A stretch of DNA of 64,000 nt, taken from the human T2T-CHM13v2.0 reference genome, Homo sapiens. Of this stretch, positions 60,829 through 64,000 are shown piece by piece. The stretch lies in the NCBI RefSeq assembly GCF_009914755.1, contig NC_060944.1; one strand, written 5' to 3'. The first letter of the stretch is position 1, and each line of letters starts with the position of its first letter. Under the pieces are notes generated by a model that ran no database searches, had not been told where the DNA came from, and was given only the letters and a program-made list of their open reading frames with translations. A program made the position numbers and the translations under genes.

Positions 60829-62504
60829 CCAAGCTATGGAGGTGGGAGTTCTTTCAGCAGATTGGGCCATTCATTCATTCATTCATTCAATAAGCAGAAG
60901 TGCCATCCTTGGCTTTGAGAATGTAGCAGCAAGATAATGATAATAATAGATAGGAAATGACTTCAAAAGAGACTTTGACAAGAGAATTGAGAGATTTGGG
61001 TGAATTTATGAGGGGTGAACTTATGAGAGTGAGTTCTGGCATCTGGCTTTGGAGATTCGGAGTATGCTAGAACCAAATACGCAGAGAGCACGGCAAGAAC
61101 AGGTGCAGGGAGAGGGTGGATGATGGGCCATGTGATGAGCTGGGTTTGAGATCGGCTGAGTTGGAGGTGCCAGGAGTGGCACAAGGGGTCTGCCCAGCCA
61201 GCGTTTCCCTACAAGTCACCAGGCATACGGTGAGCCCTCTAGTACACACTCTGGTGGTGGGACCTGATCCTCTGTGGGACACTGCCCTGGCTTCTGTGGG
61301 TAGATCACCCCCTGGCTTTTGCCTCTAACCTCCCACATCTGGGACTGCCCCCAGAAGGCTGGCTTTGGGCTCCTGGAGCCACTTTGCCCACACACACAGA
61401 GATGAAGAAGTGCCTGGGTGTTTATGTCTCCTTGGAGCATCTGCAGCCAATGACTGTCCGGTCCAGGAGAGCACAAGTCCAACTTTTGGGACAACTCCTG
61501 AGGCATAACTCATGCCCCCAGAGCTCCCCACAGGGTCAGGCAGAAGCTCCCCTCTTCAAGACTTTTGCCTGAAATCCTGTCTTCACTTGGCCTCCTCCCC
61601 TTCTCTGGCCTTCTTCCACCCGCCCCCAACACACACCCACATACTGGTTTCTCCTGGGAGCAGTTTCTTAACACTTCACTTGCAAACAAATCTCCATCTT
61701 GCGGTCTGTTTTGGGGGAACCCACCCTACATCCAGCACCTACAGTGTGCCAGTCCCTTTGAAGGACACTGGGGATTCAAAAATTGAATAATACACAGCCT
61801 GGTTTTCAAAGAGCTCACTGTCTGGTGGAGAGACAGATGTATACATTGACAATTTCAGTGCAGTATGTGAATGTGCTGTTAGAGTAAGACGCTAGGGGTG
61901 AGCGGGAGGCATGAAAATACGGGCGAGGGCTCTTGTTCCACCCAAGGGATACAGGGAAGACTTTATAGAGGAAGTGGCCTTTAGACTGGATCTTATAGGA
62001 TACATAGGATTTTGCTAAGGGAAAGGCAGGGAAGGGCAATATAGGCAGAGAAAACAGTTAATCGAAGTCAAGAGGCATGAAATGGATGGGAAATGGGATG
62101 TGGGGAGACTCCAAGTAGCTTGCTATTGCAGGAGCCTAATGGGCAGAGTAGACAGTGGTGGGCAGAGACCACAGATTACTGCAGAAGCCATGTAGGGTGT
62201 AGAATTCACCTTTCCTTCCCTTTCTCACTTCTTCACTCCCCAAGTGGTGACCGCAGTATCACTCTAGAAGTGAACCTAGAGCTGTTCATTCAGGAAGCAC
62301 ACATGCCCTTTAATCTGTACTCCCAGCCCACAGCAGTCTCCTAGGAGTAGGTCTCGCCAACTCCGGGTCCCCAGCCCAGAGGCACTTGACAGCACCCATA
62401 AACTTTCTCTCATCAACTGATGTTGTAGCCAAAGAAAACAGGCTCCCAGGAACAGATAAGGGATAAGCAGAAACTACCCAGTGCTTGCCTGGGAAACTCT
62501 TCTT

Positions 62505-62940
62505 GTAGTTCGAGTTCTCCCAGAAGTAGACTCTGTGACAAGAATTTGAGCACCCAAAATCTATTTGGGAAGTGTGAGAAAATACCCATAGAGGAATGGG
62601 GAAGTGAAGCAGGGAAGAAAAGCAGCCAATACAGGGAGTGTTATCAAGCACGTCACCTCTGTGGGAGATGAGCACTTACTCCCAGGAATGGAATGGGACT
62701 GGTGTCATGTACACACCTGAATTTTCCCACCCCAGGGACAGGGTAATTGGGGTAGCTGTATCCCAGGTCCCATCAATCACTGGCTGAGGGCTGCTCCCAG
62801 GGAGTGTTAATTCCCTGAAAAGCAACAACACACCAGCCAGGCAAGGAAGTGCAGGTGCAGAAAGTCGGAAGTCAGGCCACTGTGCCCCGAAGCAAGAAGG
62901 GCAAGGAAGTTTGAGCAGGGCACCCATGACGCACACCACC
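62505..62940. mobile_element. Old ERVL solo LTR (LTR16/LTR33-like)
   Basis: CCCAGAAGTAGACTCTGTGACAAGAATTTGAG...TATTTGGGAAGTG; related to the 63465 copy. Confidence 0.55.
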
Positions 62941-63464
62941 CTTCATGCTTCTTGTTATTCTTTCCCAGCTGTGGGAGAGAAACATCTCTAAGGACCTGAT
63001 TTTCCCCTTTCTCCTCCATGTAAAGTTTGGAAGAAGAGTCAGGAAAGAACATCGCCAATCAAAAGGAGGGGGCCAATGTCCATCTAAAAGCCATTCAAGC
63101 TTCATTGTCCCCAACTATTTTGGGCGAGTGTATCTGCCAACTGGCACAGATTCATTTCCTCACTCCATAAAGCAAGTGAGCAAAAGAGAAAGCTAGTTCA
63201 TAATAACCCTTCTACAAAGTCAAAGCATAATCTGACTTTGGGTTTCTAAGGAATCTGGTTCTTTTCACCTAAAAATGCCTGTGTAAAGTTCTACTAAAGC
63301 AGAGAGAGGTGCGCATTTTTTTAATACCACCACCATTAAGGAAACACAAAGCTTTTTTTGTTTTAGTCCAGTGGTTTGCACAGTGCCCTGAGGCCTAGGA
63401 GCTCTGCAGAGGTGTCTCGGGTGGATGAGGAAGGCAGAAAGAGTTTTTTTCTGCTCTGAGTCCC

Positions 63465-63960
63465 TCTCTTAGTTTGGGTTTCCCTAGAAGCTGACCAAGA
63501 GACAAGGATTCAAGTGCAAGTTGTATATTTGGGAGGTGATTCTGCGGTCACCACTTGGGGAGTGAAGAAGTGGGGAAGGAAAGGCAACCAACAAAGGGTG
63601 AGTTATCAATGCAGTTACCACTGTGGGCAGCTAGAGCCTGTGCCTTCTAGGGACCTGTGTGAGCCAGACTAGAGCACAAGCTTTGGCAACATCCCACCTG
63701 AGGTGTGCGGGAGCTGGGGTATAAATACCACGGCTCCCTTCAGTCATTAGTTCAGAGCTGCTTGTGGGGGACGTTGATTCTCTGGGACTTCCAGCCTGCC
63801 CAGAAGCAGCAAAACGAACTCTGGCAGCCAGAAAAAGCCCTTGGGCAGGGAGGGAGTGACAGGGAGCATGTGCTGGCAGTTGGAATTTAATGGAAGAAGC
63901 CAAAATTTTGCAGAACAAGAGAATATGCAAGAGACATCGATAGCATGGGATACAGCCCCC
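63465..63960. mobile_element. Old ERVL solo LTR (LTR16/LTR33-like)
   Basis: GAGACAAGGATTCAAGTGCAAG...TATTTGGGAGGTGATTC...GGGAGCTGGGGTATAAATACC. Confidence 0.55.
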
Positions 63961-64000
63961 TATTCTTAGTCCTCTGAGAAGAGAGGCTTAAATCTTCTGT

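Overview
Primate, almost certainly human, genomic DNA containing the 5' end of PTPRT (receptor-type tyrosine phosphatase T/rho) on the minus strand. The only protein-coding sequence I can support is the 88-nt coding part of exon 1 (35768-35681, signal peptide [30 protein letters not shown]), inside a CpG-island promoter (~34900-36600). Positions 1-35680 are intron 1 and ~36600-64000 is upstream intergenic DNA. Both are dominated by Alus, a 5'-inverted L1, MaLR/ERVL solo LTRs, MER DNA transposons and L2/MIR relics; nearly all other listed ORFs are repeat-derived or chance. The most unusual structure is a 17 x 50-bp minisatellite built from the 3' end of an Alu right arm, capped by a fold-back fragment that supplies an ATG for a 303-codon repeat ORF on the PTPRT sense strand. 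Other notable items: a 19-codon uORF ending 19 nt before the PTPRT start, an octamer/CTCF/ETS/compressed-RE1 cluster in intron 1, a perfect 22-bp palindrome carrying two NF-kB sites, an interrupted GCC repeat at the promoter, and several short local duplications. I see no evidence of a novel multi-gene system. Repeat subfamily names come from recalled consensus sequences, not from a search.
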